Below the pieces are notes generated by a model. The model was not told the origin of the DNA, searched no databases, and was given only the letters and a program-made list of their open reading frames with translations. Made by a program: the position numbers and the translations under genes. A DNA stretch of 22,630 bases from Candidatus Sumerlaeia bacterium (GTDB taxonomy: Bacteria; Sumerlaeota; Sumerlaeia; SLMS01), in the NCBI GenBank assembly GCA_038208905.1, contig JBBQYG010000055.1, positions 1 through 22,630 of the forward strand, written 5' to 3'. Shown one piece after another: positions 7,032-15,450 of the stretch (within the stretch, counting starts at the first letter, position 1; the number at the start of each line of letters is the position of its first letter).

Positions 7032-8417
7032 TCAGCCCGCGCCCTCCGCCAGATTCTTGATGTCCAGCGTCGGGATGGCCTCGTTGGACATCTCGGAGAC
7101 TTCGCCCTCGAAGACCTGGGCCGAGAGGCCCGGATCGTCTTCCGATTCGGGCAGGCGCTGGATGCAGGCGCCGAGGCCGCGGAGTTTTTTCTCGATGTCC
7201 TCGTAGCCACGTTCCACGTGATAGATGCGGCGGACCTGGCTGGTGCCGTGGGCGGCGAGGGCGGCAAGGATCAGGGCGGCGCCGGCGCGAAGGTCGCTCG
7301 CCATCACGGCGGCGCCCTCCAGCGCGGGAACGCCCATGATCTCGATACGGCCCTTCTCCGGCGCCTTGATCTTCGCGCCCAGGCGGTTCAGCTCCGCCGC
7401 GTGCATGAAGCGCTCGGGATAGATCGTCTCGCGCACAACCGATGTGCCGGGCGTGATCGCCAGCAACGCCGTCAGCGGGGCTTGGATATCCGTCGGCAGG
7501 CCGGGATAGGGCTCCGTGGTAATTTGCAGCGGGCGCTTCTTGATGCGGTCGCGGCGCACGCGCAGCGTGGTGGCGTCGGACCAGTCCAGCTTGGCGCCCC
7601 ATGTTTCCAGCGCCTGCAGGGTGCTTTCCATCGCCTCCTTGGTGGGGGCGTTCTCAAGCGTCACGTCGCCGTGGGTGATCAGGCTCGCGATGGCATAGGT
7701 GGCCGCCTCGATGCGGTCGGCCTGGACGGACCAGGTGACGCCGTGGAGCCGGGCAACGCCCTCGATGCGGATCGTGTTGGTTCCTTGGCCCTCCACGCGG
7801 GCGCCCATGGCGTTCAGGAAATTCGCCAGCTCGATGACCTCGGGCTCGCGCGCCGCGTCGTCGATCACGGTGGTTCCCATCGCGCGGACGGCCACCATCA
7901 TCACGTTGCAGGTGGCCCCGACGCTGGTGCCCATCGGCCCCATCAGGGAGAACCGCGCCCCCGTCAGGCCGTTGTGGCGGGCGTGGATGTATCCGGCGCT
8001 CTTGCCGAGCTGCACGCCCAGCGCCTTGAACCCGCGCAGGTGGATGTCCACCGGGCGGTCGCCGATGTTGCAGCCGCCGGGGAGCGAGACCTTGGCCCGC
8101 CCCAGGCGCGAGATCATCGGCCCGATGGCGTAGAACGACGCCCTCATGCGGCTCATGATGCGGTAGGGAACGTTATCCACCGAGAGACCGGAAGGGTCGA
8201 TCTTCATGACCCCCTCGGAAAATTCGACCTTCGCCCCCAGGTGCTCGATCAGCTTGATCATCTCCTGGATGTCGCGCAGGCGGGGCACATTCTCCAGATA
8301 GGTGGTCTCCTCGCTGAGGAGCGCCGCCATGACCAGCGGAAGGCAGGCGTTCTTGGAGCCGCTGATACGGACCGTTCCCTTCAGGGGACGGGTCCCTTCG
8401 ATCTGAAACATATCCAT
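7032..8417 (-). CDS. murA: UDP-N-acetylglucosamine 1-carboxyvinyltransferase
   Basis: ISGSKNACLP, MRASF, LPGGCNIGDRPVDIH (catalytic Cys retained), SVGAT, AAREPE, DRIEAAT, PYPGLPTDIQ, DLRAGAAL and RGYE. Confidence 0.97.
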   Translation of the reverse strand: MDMFQIEGTRPLKGTVRISGSKNACLPLVMAALLSEETTYLENVPRLRDIQEMIKLIEHLGAKVEFSEGVMKIDPSGLSVDNVPYRIMSRMRASFYAIGPMISRLGRAKVSLPGGCNIGDRPVDIHLRGFKALGVQLGKSAGYIHARHNGLTGARFSLMGPMGTSVGATCNVMMVAVRAMGTTVIDDAAREPEVIELANFLNAMGARVEGQGTNTIRIEGVARLHGVTWSVQADRIEAATYAIASLITHGDVTLENAPTKEAMESTLQALETWGAKLDWSDATTLRVRRDRIKKRPLQITTEPYPGLPTDIQAPLTALLAITPGTSVVRETIYPERFMHAAELNRLGAKIKAPEKGRIEIMGVPALEGAAVMASDLRAGAALILAALAAHGTSQVRRIYHVERGYEDIEKKLRGLGACIQRLPESEDDPGLSAQVFEGEVSEMSNEAIPTLDIKNLAEGAG

Positions 8418-8963
8418 GTGACTGAGGCTCCTGGTCGGCGGGTCTCGGGGGCGGTTGCCCGGTGGGGCGCGCCGTTGCCGACTACGATGACGATGGCCTC
8501 CAGACCGATCATTGGGGGGCGAACACTGTCAAGATTGAAGAGGGGGAAAAGTGGGAACAAAACATCGCCCGGGCGAAGGAACCACGCGGGCTCCCACCTC
8601 GCGGAGTCGCGGGTGTCGGGCAATCAGGGGCAAACGCCACAGGCGGCAACCCCGTATCCCGAAGCGATGCGCCGTCGGCCCGCCTCAGGGGCCCCTCCCC
8701 GGGATATTCACGATGCATCGAAATATTCGGGATGCGGCTCAACTTGCAACCCGCGCGGGTGCATCATTCTGGGGCGGATCGGCCCCGCCGGTGGAGCGCC
8801 CCGGCCATGGCCCCCGTTTTTCCCTTGCCGCTAACCAAGGGGGACCACTATCCAACCCCTCTTGCGCGGGCACGGAATTGGTCGGCCCGCCATGGCCCCG
8901 GTTTTTCCGGGGGTTGTATCCAAACCAGCCCGAATTAAGCCCGCCCAGGAGGCTCCGATCAAA

Positions 8964-9203
8964 ATGGCCAGTGTCGAAGAAAAGGTCAAGGAATGCATCG
9001 TTACCCAGCTTGGGGTTAACGAGGACGAGGTCACCAAGGAGGCTTCCTTCTTCGACGATCTGGGGGCCGATTCCCTCGATATCGTGGAGCTCGTCATGGC
9101 GTTCGAGGAGAAGTTCGGCATCGAGATCCCCGACGAGGACACGGAGAAGATCCGCACCGTGGGCGACGCGGTGAAGTACATCACGGAGAAGGGCGCCGAG
9201 TAA
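8964..9203 (+). CDS. acpP: Acyl carrier protein
   Basis: AGGAGG Shine-Dalgarno upstream of ATG 8964. 79 aa with [28 protein letters not shown] (phosphopantetheine Ser). Confidence 0.97.
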   Translation: MASVEEKVKECIVTQLGVNEDEVTKEASFFDDLGADSLDIVELVMAFEEKFGIEIPDEDTEKIRTVGDAVKYITEKGAE

Positions 9204-9212
9204 CGCCCTTTC

Positions 9213-9260
9213 GCGGCCCCGCGCGCCCCCGACACACCCGGGGCCGCCGCGCGGGGCCGC
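9213..9260. other. GC-rich intercistronic stem-loop between acpP and fabF
   Basis: Perfect 13-bp inverted repeat GCGGCCCCGCGCG (9213-9225) / CGCGCGGGGCCGC (9248-9260), with no clear U-tract. Confidence 0.6.
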
Positions 9261-9326
9261 CCTTCCCCCTCCGCCGCCCACCGCGCGGATCGGTGGGAAC
9301 CCCCTCCCCCCCGAACACAGGATCAC

Positions 9327-10568
9327 ATGTCATCTCATCGCGTCGTCGTTACCGGCCTTGGCGCCATCACACCCATCGGGCACAGCGTTCCCGCGTTCTG
9401 GGACGGCCTGCTGACGGGCAAGACCGGCGGCGACTTGATCCGGCGCTGGGATACGTCGGGCCATAAGATCAAGCTGGCCTGCGAGGTGAAGGACTACGAT
9501 CCCGGGAACTACTTCGACCGCAAGGAAAGCCGCCGCTACGAGCGCTATGTGCAGTTCGCGCTGATCGCTGCGCGCGAGGCCATGGCGCAGTCGGGCATCG
9601 CCGTGGCCGACGTTGGCGCGGAGGAGTTTGGCGCGATGATCGGCTCGGGCATCGGCGGCATCGAATCCCTCGAGGATAACATGCGCGTCATGGTGGAGAA
9701 AGGGGCCGACCGCGTGGCGGCGACCCTGGTTCCGCGCATGATCTGCAACATGGCCACGGGTCAGGTCTCGATCATCCACGGGCTCAAGGGGCCCAGCACG
9801 TGCGTCGTTACCGCGTGCGCGTCGGCCACCCACTCGATCGGCGACGCCTTCAAGGTGATCCAGCGCGGCCAGGCCATCGCCATGCTCGCCGGCGGGGCCG
9901 AGGCGGGCATCACGCCGCTGGGCATCGCCGGCTTCCAGAACATGACGGCCCTCAGCAGCCGCAACGATTCGCCGGCCACCGCCAGCCGCCCCTTCAGCCA
10001 CGACCGCGATGGCTTCGTGATGGGCGAGGGCGCCGGCATCATGGTGCTTGAGCAGTACGACTTTGCCAAGGCCCGCGGCGCGAAAATCCTGGCGGAGATC
10101 GTCGGATATGGCCTGACGTGCGACGCCTATCACATCACCGGCGTCGCGCAGGATCACGAGGGCCTTCAGCGCGCCATGCGCATGGCCATGAAGGACGCCG
10201 GCGTTGGCCCCAACGATATCGACTACATCAACGCCCACGGCACCAGCACCCCGCTGAACGACAAGATGGAGTCGCTGGGCGTGAAGGCGCTTTTTGGCGA
10301 GCACGCCCGCAAGCTGGCCGTGGTCTCCAACAAGGGGAACACCGGCCATCTGCTGGGCGCCGCCGGCGGCATCGAGTCCGTCGCCGCCATCATGTCCATC
10401 GTGGAGGGCCGCATCCCCGCCACCGCAAACCACACTGGTCCCGACGACGACTGCGATCTGGACTACGTGACCCACGGCCCGCGCCAGAAGGAAGTTGTCC
10501 ACGTCCTCAAGAACAACGCCGGCTTTGGCGGGCATAACGCCGCGCTGCTCTTCCGCAAGGCAGAGTAG
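9327..10568 (+). CDS. fabF: 3-oxoacyl-ACP synthase II
   Basis: RVVVTGLG, VTACASATHSIG (catalytic Cys), SRPF..DRDGFVMGEGAG, YINAHGTSTPLND, GHLLGAAG and GFGGHNA. Follows acpP. Confidence 0.96.
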   Translation: MSSHRVVVTGLGAITPIGHSVPAFWDGLLTGKTGGDLIRRWDTSGHKIKLACEVKDYDPGNYFDRKESRRYERYVQFALIAAREAMAQSGIAVADVGAEEFGAMIGSGIGGIESLEDNMRVMVEKGADRVAATLVPRMICNMATGQVSIIHGLKGPSTCVVTACASATHSIGDAFKVIQRGQAIAMLAGGAEAGITPLGIAGFQNMTALSSRNDSPATASRPFSHDRDGFVMGEGAGIMVLEQYDFAKARGAKILAEIVGYGLTCDAYHITGVAQDHEGLQRAMRMAMKDAGVGPNDIDYINAHGTSTPLNDKMESLGVKALFGEHARKLAVVSNKGNTGHLLGAAGGIESVAAIMSIVEGRIPATANHTGPDDDCDLDYVTHGPRQKEVVHVLKNNAGFGGHNAALLFRKAE

Positions 10569-10671
10569 CGTCAGCACGGTGCGTCTAGCCCGTGCAGCCG
10601 CACCCGTAGGCACTGCTGATAGCCGAAGGCTGGTCGGGCATGCGCCCCTCCTTTGCCCGAGGCTACGGCAG

Positions 10672-11463
10672 TCAGCAGCCCCAGCGCCCCTTCAGCCAAT
10701 CCCGCATCCACAGGTTCACCGTCCAGTTATCGGCCACGGGCTGGCCGGTGTGGGGGATCGTCTGCATGTAGCCCGGCGGGCCGAATTCTGGTGTGACGGT
10801 CATCATCGCGGCGCCCTCGGCCAGATGGCGCGCGCGGACAGCGTTCCACCACTGGGCGTGGCGCTCAAGGTGGCGGCGATACTCCGGCGCCGACGGGTCC
10901 GAAACCTGGGGCCCCTCCTCGTGGCCGACGCGGGCGTGGACGTGGACGGCGCGCTCGATGGCGAGGCTGGTGAAGTCCTCCATGTCGTCCAGCAGCGACT
11001 CGCACACCACGCACCAGTGGCTCAGATCCAGCGTCACGCGCAGCTCCGGCACCGCGCGCAGTAGCTCCGCCGTGGCCCACGGCGCATAGAACAGGCGATA
11101 GCGATGAGTCTCGTGCCCGACGGGAATGCCGAATTCGCGCTCGATGGCGAGGGCCTCGCGGAGGAAGGCGATGCCCTCCGCCAGCGGCCAGCGGTCCCGG
11201 CCCGAGTGCGACACGGCCTTCATGGCGCCCGCCTCGCGCGCCTTGGCCAGCGCCGAGCGTAGCTCCGACGGGGTCAGCGGAAACACTTGGGCAATCAGCC
11301 GCAGCCCGTGGCGCGACGTTGTCTCGCGCAGTTCCACCGGATCGAAGGAATCAACCGCCGCCTCGATCCCATCGTAGCCAGCCTCCCGCGCGATGGCGCA
11401 CTTCTCCTCAAGGTTCCTTCCCTCGGTCATGCCCCACAGGGCGCGGAAAAAAAGTGTCTGCAC
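10672..11463 (-). CDS. Sugar phosphate isomerase/epimerase family (xylose isomerase-like TIM barrel)
   Basis: GTG at 11463 preceded by GGGAG. AGYDGIE, HETHR, LDLSHW, HVHARVG and TPEFGP..Y metal-ligand pattern. The longer ORF from 12030 overlaps the opposite gene and looks spurious. Confidence 0.85.
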   Translation of the reverse strand: MQTLFFRALWGMTEGRNLEEKCAIAREAGYDGIEAAVDSFDPVELRETTSRHGLRLIAQVFPLTPSELRSALAKAREAGAMKAVSHSGRDRWPLAEGIAFLREALAIEREFGIPVGHETHRYRLFYAPWATAELLRAVPELRVTLDLSHWCVVCESLLDDMEDFTSLAIERAVHVHARVGHEEGPQVSDPSAPEYRRHLERHAQWWNAVRARHLAEGAAMMTVTPEFGPPGYMQTIPHTGQPVADNWTVNLWMRDWLKGRWGC

Positions 11464-11767
11464 GGCGGCATTTCTCCCGGCGATTGTTGGTCGGCTTGCC
11501 GCGAGTGACCCATAGCCGCCATCCGCCGAGCAAGCGGGACATGGGAACGCCGATCTCCCGATCGGCTCCTCTACGACACGCTTCGGTGGAGTCACCGCGG
11601 CCCTTCGCTCCGCCGCCAAACGGGAGTTTGGCGTTCCCGGGGGGCCCGATAGGAAGAAAAACTCTCGTAACCGTGGCAAGTGTGTCCCATACTTGTAATC
11701 AGACAGGGGCGAAAATCCCCGCTGTCGGGGTTTCAGAATAGGTGTTTTTTTGTCGATGCCCCACAAA

Positions 11768-12568
11768 ATGAGGACCGCCGGAATAGCCGTCCTGCTCGCC
11801 GCGATGGCGGGGGGGGCGATCCATGTGATCGGGGCACAGTCGCCCACGCCGACCCCCGGGGCCGCGCCAACGGTCGCGCCGTCGCCGGTTTTTCGCCCTC
11901 CGCTGAGCCTGAGCGAGTGCCTCTCCCTGATCGACCGGTCACGCAACTTCATCGCGCCCACCGGAGACAGAACCGCCGCGCCAACGGTGGCGCCGCGGGA
12001 CATCACGCGCATGGTGCGCAGTGCGACCAACTATCTGATCTTTCGCGACGACCTGCACTCCACGCTTTCCGACTACCAGTGGGTCCTTCTGGCCGATGGC
12101 AAAGTGCAGGACGACGACGGCAAGCCCGACCGTGACCTGTATGAATTCGACCCGCCGGTGAAGTCCATCAGCGCCATCAGCCTTGAGAGCCAGGGCGGCG
12201 ATGTCTCCGTTCACCTTGTCCGAGTGATCGACGAGAAGGACAACGAGCGGCAGCGCTTCCCATCCTCCGGCGAGCCGTTTATGCTCCAGCATTCGCTTCC
12301 GCGCCGCCACGTGCTCCACCTGTGGAAGCGCACCACCATCAGCCGCATCGAGATCGACTATGCCAACACGGCGCCCCGCCCGGGCAGCGTGCCCCGCGTG
12401 GTGATCATGGGCGGCATCACCGAGCAGCGCGAGTACGTGAAGACGGCGATCTATCACTTGCAGCAGGCGACGGGCGCGCTGGAGAGCGGCGACTACGTAG
12501 GCGCTCGCGCAGACCTCCATGAAGCGCGCGCCAACATCGCCCGCTACCTTGAGCTGAACCCCGGCTAA
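11768..12568 (+). CDS. Hypothetical exported protein with Pro/Thr/Ala-rich linker
   Basis: Signal-like N-terminus MRTAGIAVLLAAMAGG, coding-like GC3 bias, and stop overlapping the tsaD start (TAATG). No family recognised. Confidence 0.7.
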   Translation: MRTAGIAVLLAAMAGGAIHVIGAQSPTPTPGAAPTVAPSPVFRPPLSLSECLSLIDRSRNFIAPTGDRTAAPTVAPRDITRMVRSATNYLIFRDDLHSTLSDYQWVLLADGKVQDDDGKPDRDLYEFDPPVKSISAISLESQGGDVSVHLVRVIDEKDNERQRFPSSGEPFMLQHSLPRRHVLHLWKRTTISRIEIDYANTAPRPGSVPRVVIMGGITEQREYVKTAIYHLQQATGALESGDYVGARADLHEARANIARYLELNPG

Positions 12569-13635
12569 TGCTCGTTCTCGGCATCGAATCCTCCTGCGAC
12601 GAGACCGCCGCCGCCGTGGTGGAGGACGGGCGCCGCGTGCTCTCCAACGCGATCGCGTCACAGACGCCGCTGCACCAACTCCACGGCGGCGTGGTGCCGG
12701 AGATCGCCAGCCGCGCCCATCTGGAGGCGATCATCCCCATCGTGGAGCAGGCACTGGCCGACGCGCGCGTCTCCATGGACGACATCGGCGCCATCGCCGC
12801 GACCCGAGGGCCCGGGCTGATCGGTTGCCTGCTCGTCGGGGTTGAGTTTGCCAAGGGGCTCGCAGCAACGAGGGGCCTGCCGCTGGTCGCCGTGCAGCAC
12901 GTGGCCGGCCACCTGTACTCGCCCTTCATCGGGCGCGAGCGCGACGCATGGGGAACCGACGTCACGCAGCACGCCGATTTCGAGCCCTACATCGGCCTCG
13001 CCATCAGCGGCGGGCACTCCAGCATCGTCATCGCGGAGGCGACGAATCAATTGCGCGTGCTGGGCGAGACGCTGGATGACGCGGTCGGCGAAGCATACGA
13101 CAAGATCGCCAAGCTGATCGGCCTGGGTTATCCCGGCGGCCCCATCGTTGATCGCGAGGCGGCCTTGGGCAATCCCGCGGCGTTTGACCTGCCGCGCCCC
13201 ATGATCCATCGCCCTGGCTATGACTTCTCATTCTCGGGACTCAAGACGGCCTTTGCCCGTGAGGTCGAACGCCAGGGCGGCGCCGACGCGGTGAAGGGAA
13301 ACACGGCGATGATCGCCGACCTCTGCGCCAGCTTTCAGGCCGCCGCCATCGACGTGCTCGTGGAACGAGCCAGGAAGGCGCTCCGCGACCATCGGCTGCG
13401 GCGGCTTGCCGTGGTGGGCGGCGTGGCCTGCAACCGGGGCCTTCGCGCCGCCCTGGCCGAGCGGCTCCCGCGTATCCAGATCGCGCTCCCCCACCCCGAA
13501 TTCTGCACCGACAACGCCGCCATGATCGCCGGAGCCGCGTGGCCCCTCCTGCAATCAGGCGCCCTCAGCGGCCCCCGCCTCGCCGCCACCCCGAGCCTCG
13601 ACCTCGCCCCCATGGAGTCGTGGCAGGGGGGATAA
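12568..13635 (+). CDS. tsaD: tRNA N6-adenosine threonylcarbamoyltransferase
   Basis: LGIESSCDET, HGGVVPEIASRAH, GPGLIGCL, HVAGH, SGGH, DDAVGEAYDK, LGYPGGP, DFSFSGLKT, GGVACN and CTDNAAMI. Confidence 0.97.
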   Translation: MLVLGIESSCDETAAAVVEDGRRVLSNAIASQTPLHQLHGGVVPEIASRAHLEAIIPIVEQALADARVSMDDIGAIAATRGPGLIGCLLVGVEFAKGLAATRGLPLVAVQHVAGHLYSPFIGRERDAWGTDVTQHADFEPYIGLAISGGHSSIVIAEATNQLRVLGETLDDAVGEAYDKIAKLIGLGYPGGPIVDREAALGNPAAFDLPRPMIHRPGYDFSFSGLKTAFAREVERQGGADAVKGNTAMIADLCASFQAAAIDVLVERARKALRDHRLRRLAVVGGVACNRGLRAALAERLPRIQIALPHPEFCTDNAAMIAGAAWPLLQSGALSGPRLAATPSLDLAPMESWQGG

Positions 13636-13637
13636 GG

Positions 13638-13665
13638 GGGAATCGGGAACGGGGAATTGGGAATG
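13638..13665 (+). repeat. Heptamer tandem repeat (GGGAAYN)x4
   Basis: GGGAATC GGGAACG GGGAATT GGGAATG immediately after the tsaD stop. A second copy lies on the minus strand at 21854-21881. Confidence 0.8.
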
Positions 13666-13680
13666 GCGTACCCACTCCAC

Positions 13681-13704
13681 GGCAGCATGAGCATCCTGCC
13701 CCAC
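13681..13704 (-). repeat. GTGG-type REP-like palindrome
   Basis: Minus strand reads GTGG + GGCAGGATGCTCATGCTGCC (imperfect palindrome). Confidence 0.45.
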
Positions 13705-13775
13705 CCTACTGGAATCTCCGTAGGCGTCCGCTCCCTGCCTCGGCCGGATAGCCATCGAAGGTCTCTACCTACCAT

Positions 13776-14000
13776 CCATTGCTCATCCGCCTGCCAGCCG
13801 TTGCTCATCCGCCACCAGCCGTTGCTCATCGACGGACCAGCAACTGCTCGACCACCGTCATCCATTGCTCATCAGCCTGCCAGCCGTTGCTCAACCACCG
13901 TCAGCCATTGCTCATCCGCCTGCCGGCCGTTGCTCGACCACCGTCAGCCATTGCTCATCCTCCTGCTAGCCGTTGTGCTCAATCACCGTCAGCCATTGCC
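13776..14000 (+). repeat. Tandem array of about 10 alternating 22/21-bp units (43-bp higher-order repeat)
   Basis: Units start at 13776, 13798, 13819, 13841, 13862, 13884, 13905, 13927, 13948, 13970 and (partial) 13993. Core CCRTTGCTC; type A CCATTGCTCATCCGCCTGCCAG, type B CCGTTGCTCRACCACCGTCAG. Confidence 0.92.
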
Positions 14001-14042
14001 CGCTTCAGCGGGCACCTATTTGCCCTCGGCTTCAGCCGAGGG
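13997..14042. repeat. Two REP-like hairpins with shared CTTCAG centre; possible terminator between convergent tsaD and htrA
   Basis: TGCCCGCT-TC-AGCGGGCA (13997-14014) and CCCTCGGCT-TC-AGCCGAGGG (14023-14042). Confidence 0.65.
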
Positions 14043-14099
14043 TGTCCGACTCCGCCGATTCCGAGCGCGCTTCAGCGTGCTTTCCCCCCGCGCGACGCG

Positions 14100-15278
14100 C
14101 TACTTCGCCGCCTCCAGCACCTCGTAGCTAATCTGGCGGGGCTTCTCGTTCTTCTCCGAAACCACATCCATCAGGACGCGGTCGCCGACTTGCTTGCTGG
14201 CGAAGAGCAGGCGGAAGTCCTCGCTGGTGGCCACGCTGCGCCCATCGACCTTGACCAGAATGTCTCCCGGCGTGATGCCGGCCTTCTCCGCGGGGCCGTC
14301 GGGTTCCATGCCGAGGATCTGAACCGCCGTGCCGTTGTTCGTGCGGACGGTGCGGAAGGCGAAGTCCATGCGCAGGTCGCGGATGCGGCCATACTTCTTT
14401 ACCTCCTCCACAAACGCGCGGACGCGGTTGGCGGGGATCGCGAAGCCGATGCCGGCGCTGGCGCCCGAGGGCGAGAAGATGAATGTGTTCACACCCGCAA
14501 CGTCTCCGTTGATGTCCACCAGCGGCCCGCCGCTGTTGCCCGGGTTGATGGCTGCGTCCGTCTGGATCATGTCCTGATAGACGCGGGCATTCTGCTGATC
14601 GGGGCGGAAGGTTCGGCTGAGGGCGCTGATAAAGCCCACCGTGATCGTGGGGCGGGCGTCCTCCATCAAATTGCCGAAGGGATTGCCAAAGGCCACGACC
14701 TCCTCGCCGATCTGGAGTTCGCTCGACTCGGCAAACGCCAGCGGCGGCGGCAGTTTCTCTCCCTTGGGATCAATCTCCAGCAACGCCACGTCGATGTAGC
14801 GGTCGGCGTCCACCAGCCGGGCGGGGAACTCTCGTCCATCGGGGAAAGTGACGAAAAGCGCCTCGGAATCCTCGATCACGTGGAAGTTCGTCACCACGTG
14901 CCCCGACTCGTCCACCAGGAAACCGCTCCCCATGTAGGGGATGCGCTCCTTGTACTGCCGATAGCGGATGGAAGGCTGGAGGAAATAATCGTGCATCCAC
15001 GGCTGGGCCACCACGCGGCGCTTGATGGCGCCCACGGTGACCACGGAGGGGCTGACGGCGTTGACGACCTGGGTAACGGGCGTGGGCGCCTTGGCGGCAC
15101 CGGAAATTCGCGGTGCCGATTCCGCCTTTTTGCCAAGGGCGGCGGACGCCGGCGTGGCCACGGCGGCGGCCAGAGCCTCTGGCACGCGCCACAATTGCTG
15201 GATCGTGATCCCGATGGAAAGTCCAATACCGAGAAGGATTAAGGAGCCAATCAGGCTGAAAAGGCGGCGCTGCATCAT
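14100..15278 (-). CDS. HtrA/DegS-family serine protease (trypsin-like domain + one PDZ)
   Basis: N-terminal TM anchor; GSGFLV, VTNFHV (His), DVALL (Asp), IQTDAAINPGNSGGPL (Ser), GIGFAIP, and PDZ GPAEKAGITPGDILVKVDG. Confidence 0.95.
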   Translation of the reverse strand: MMQRRLFSLIGSLILLGIGLSIGITIQQLWRVPEALAAAVATPASAALGKKAESAPRISGAAKAPTPVTQVVNAVSPSVVTVGAIKRRVVAQPWMHDYFLQPSIRYRQYKERIPYMGSGFLVDESGHVVTNFHVIEDSEALFVTFPDGREFPARLVDADRYIDVALLEIDPKGEKLPPPLAFAESSELQIGEEVVAFGNPFGNLMEDARPTITVGFISALSRTFRPDQQNARVYQDMIQTDAAINPGNSGGPLVDINGDVAGVNTFIFSPSGASAGIGFAIPANRVRAFVEEVKKYGRIRDLRMDFAFRTVRTNNGTAVQILGMEPDGPAEKAGITPGDILVKVDGRSVATSEDFRLLFASKQVGDRVLMDVVSEKNEKPRQISYEVLEAAK

Positions 15279-15450
15279 GGGTTACGATTCCCTGCGTGCG
15301 GAAGTTTAATCCACGAGTCGTGGACGCAAGTTGCCTGCCCACCGATGGCATTAAACCCCGATCGCGCGGGAAAGGTTTGTAGGGATTCCCTTCTTGCCAC
15401 TCCTCCGCCGTCGGGGGCCGAATCCCGGGGCCGCCCCGAAAGGATCGCCC

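Noticed and set aside
8508-8532. Sigma70 promoter for murA from the perfect TTGACA
   Set aside because: The nearest -10-like hexamer (AATGAT) is only 13 bp away, outside the usual 16-18 bp spacing.
6963-8834. Long antisense ORFs (e.g. 6963-8834, 9330-10613, 18559-19833, 2344-3723, 5785-6981)
   Set aside because: These are shadows of real genes on the opposite strand, expected at high GC.
8964-10568. acpP-fabF as a type II PKS cluster
   Set aside because: Sequences are canonical FAS II, with no chain-length factor, cyclase or tailoring genes.
13776-14000. CRISPR array
   Set aside because: The conserved core is only about 9 bp, the intervening parts are 12-13 bp and recur instead of being unique spacers, and no cas genes are present.
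13657-14127. 156-aa ORF spanning the tandem array, and the long ORF 13779-15242
   Set aside because: The 43-bp period shifts frame between units, the translation has no recognisable domain, and the longer ORF is antisense to htrA.
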